From Polyangiaceae bacterium (lineage in GTDB: Bacteria; Myxococcota_A; Polyangia; Polyangiales; Polyangiaceae): a DNA stretch of 45,501 nucleotides. Shown in pieces: positions 44,408-45,501 of this stretch (position 1 is its first letter; every line of letters starts with the position of its first letter). Where the stretch lies: positions 1-45,501 of the forward strand of contig JBGANF010000056.1 in NCBI GenBank assembly GCA_044222475.1, read 5' to 3'. The position numbers and the translations under genes are program-made. The notes under the pieces are model-generated. The model ran no database searches. It was not told the origin of the DNA and saw only the letters and a list, made by a program, of their open reading frames with translations.

Positions 44408-44821
44408 TGCTCGCGCTGTGCGCGCGCGTGCGCGTCGGGCAGGGTCGCGCGACGCAGCCGGTGCGCCAGGGCGCGGCCGTTGCGCCGACGCAACCCTGGG
44501 ATGCCCCTGCGCGAGCGTAACTTCCACAGTTACACGTGCGGATGCGTCACATCGAGCGCGGACCGTGCCACGTACGAATCAGACCACGGGCGGATGCCAG
44601 AGGCCGCAGCGGGCGGACCGTGAGCCATTCGCCCGGGTGATGGTCGAGCAGGGCGGCGAAAGTCGACGACCCTTGATCGAACCGAAGGAAGCAGCAAGTC
44701 GGCGCCGTTCGACGCAACCAGCGCGCCGAATGCAGTCACCGATCAGAGCGTGATCCTTGATGGCATGTCCCTTCGAGGCACTCGAGGCACCGAGCCGGTG
44801 GAGCTGGACGCGCGCCGCGAG

Positions 44822-45133
44822 TCACGTTCCGCCGTCAGTGCCGCAGACGGCCATGCACTCGGTGCGCTTCGCCTCGCACTCGTCGTTGCTCGAAGCGGTG
44901 TGTCCCAGCACGTGGCACGAATGAGCCTTGTCGCTCTCCTTGTCGTGGGCGTGGCACGTCGTCGCGAGCAGCCTGCATGCGGGCGCGTTCGACGGTTCGG
45001 GGCCCCGGCCTCGTCCGTGCGCATCCTCGTGACCGTGGGCTGCCGGTTCCGAGTTGGTCGGCGGCGCACCCGCGCAGCCGAGCACGGCCGAGGTGGTCGC
45101 GAGCACGCAGACGATCGAGAACGTTCGCACCAT
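44822..45133 (-). CDS. His/Cys-rich small lipoprotein
   Basis: AVLGC lipobox; HGHEDAH; C...CHAHD...HSCHVLGH...C...C...C. Confidence 0.7.
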   Translation of the reverse strand: MVRTFSIVCVLATTSAVLGCAGAPPTNSEPAAHGHEDAHGRGRGPEPSNAPACRLLATTCHAHDKESDKAHSCHVLGHTASSNDECEAKRTECMAVCGTDGGT

Positions 45134-45170
45134 GACGGAACCCTCTACGCCTCCATGGCGATCGGAAACT

Positions 45171-45500
45171 TCACCCGAACGCGCGACGAAAACGCTCGGA
45201 GATTGGTATCACGCGGGAAGACGGGGCACGCACCGGTCCGGAGTGTTCCTCGGTGACGGGAACGAGCCCGTGAGCCGCGAGCCGCGCGAGGAAGGGCGCA
45301 GGAGCGATCACCTGTTCGGCCAGCCACACGCCAGGCGCATCGACTTCGTGTGCCCAGAGCGCCTCGGTGATGGCGGCGACCCCCACGGCGGTCGCCGTCG
45401 CCTGTTTTCGACCGAGGAGCGTCGAGCGGATCGTGCGTCCGCCGCCGCGCGCCTCGACGACGAGCGCGTAAAGATCGCGGCCGGCGTATCGGCGACGGAG
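45171..45500 (-). CDS. C-terminal part of a saccharopine-dehydrogenase-like oxidoreductase (5' end outside the window)
   Basis: Frame open to the window edge; 'QATATAVGVAA...PGVWLAEQVI....FLARL...G' resembles the family C-terminus. Confidence 0.45.
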   Translation of the reverse strand, partial: LRRRYAGRDLYALVVEARGGGRTIRSTLLGRKQATATAVGVAAITEALWAHEVDAPGVWLAEQVIAPAPFLARLAAHGLVPVTEEHSGPVRAPSSRVIPISERFRRAFG

Positions 45501-45501
45501 C

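Noticed and set aside
44410..44820. Short ORFs between the outer-membrane factor gene and the lipoprotein gene
   Set aside because: No RBS, codon bias or motifs; the region is better explained as regulatory DNA.

Overview
Very GC-rich bacterial DNA. Gene content (Cys-rich lipoproteins, ECF sigma factor, sigma54-like promoter) suggests Myxococcota, which is an inference. Bases 1 to ~36530 are a prophage-like element whose left end lies outside the window. It has an early/replication block (sigma-like protein, SSB-like protein, SF2 helicase, VRR-NUC, primase-helicase followed by an ori-like palindrome and 10-bp repeats, RecB/Cas4-like nuclease, Xis-like HTH), a serine recombinase, a ParB-DNA methyltransferase, a Mu-like contractile-tail baseplate/fibre block and a lysis block that includes a papain-like protease. 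No terminase, portal, capsid, sheath or tube gene is recognisable, and the tape-measure gene looks 5'-truncated. Two accessory inserts interrupt the element: (1) a metal-related cassette at ~10560-15180 (CDF transporter, membrane-anchored CCQPGAS-repeat peptide, ECF sigma, Cys-pair anti-sigma, thioredoxin-fused MauG-like di-haem enzyme, His/Cys lipoprotein) and (2) an inverted two-gene cassette at 21222-22924 inside the tail operon (structured 5' leader, Zn-finger protein, HNH-like nuclease). To the right, on the minus strand, are a CusCBA-type Cu/Ag efflux operon whose CusA has a Gly/Met-rich insertion, a GH15 hydrolase, a second His/Cys lipoprotein and a partial oxidoreductase. All calls come from reading motifs by eye; no database searches were run.
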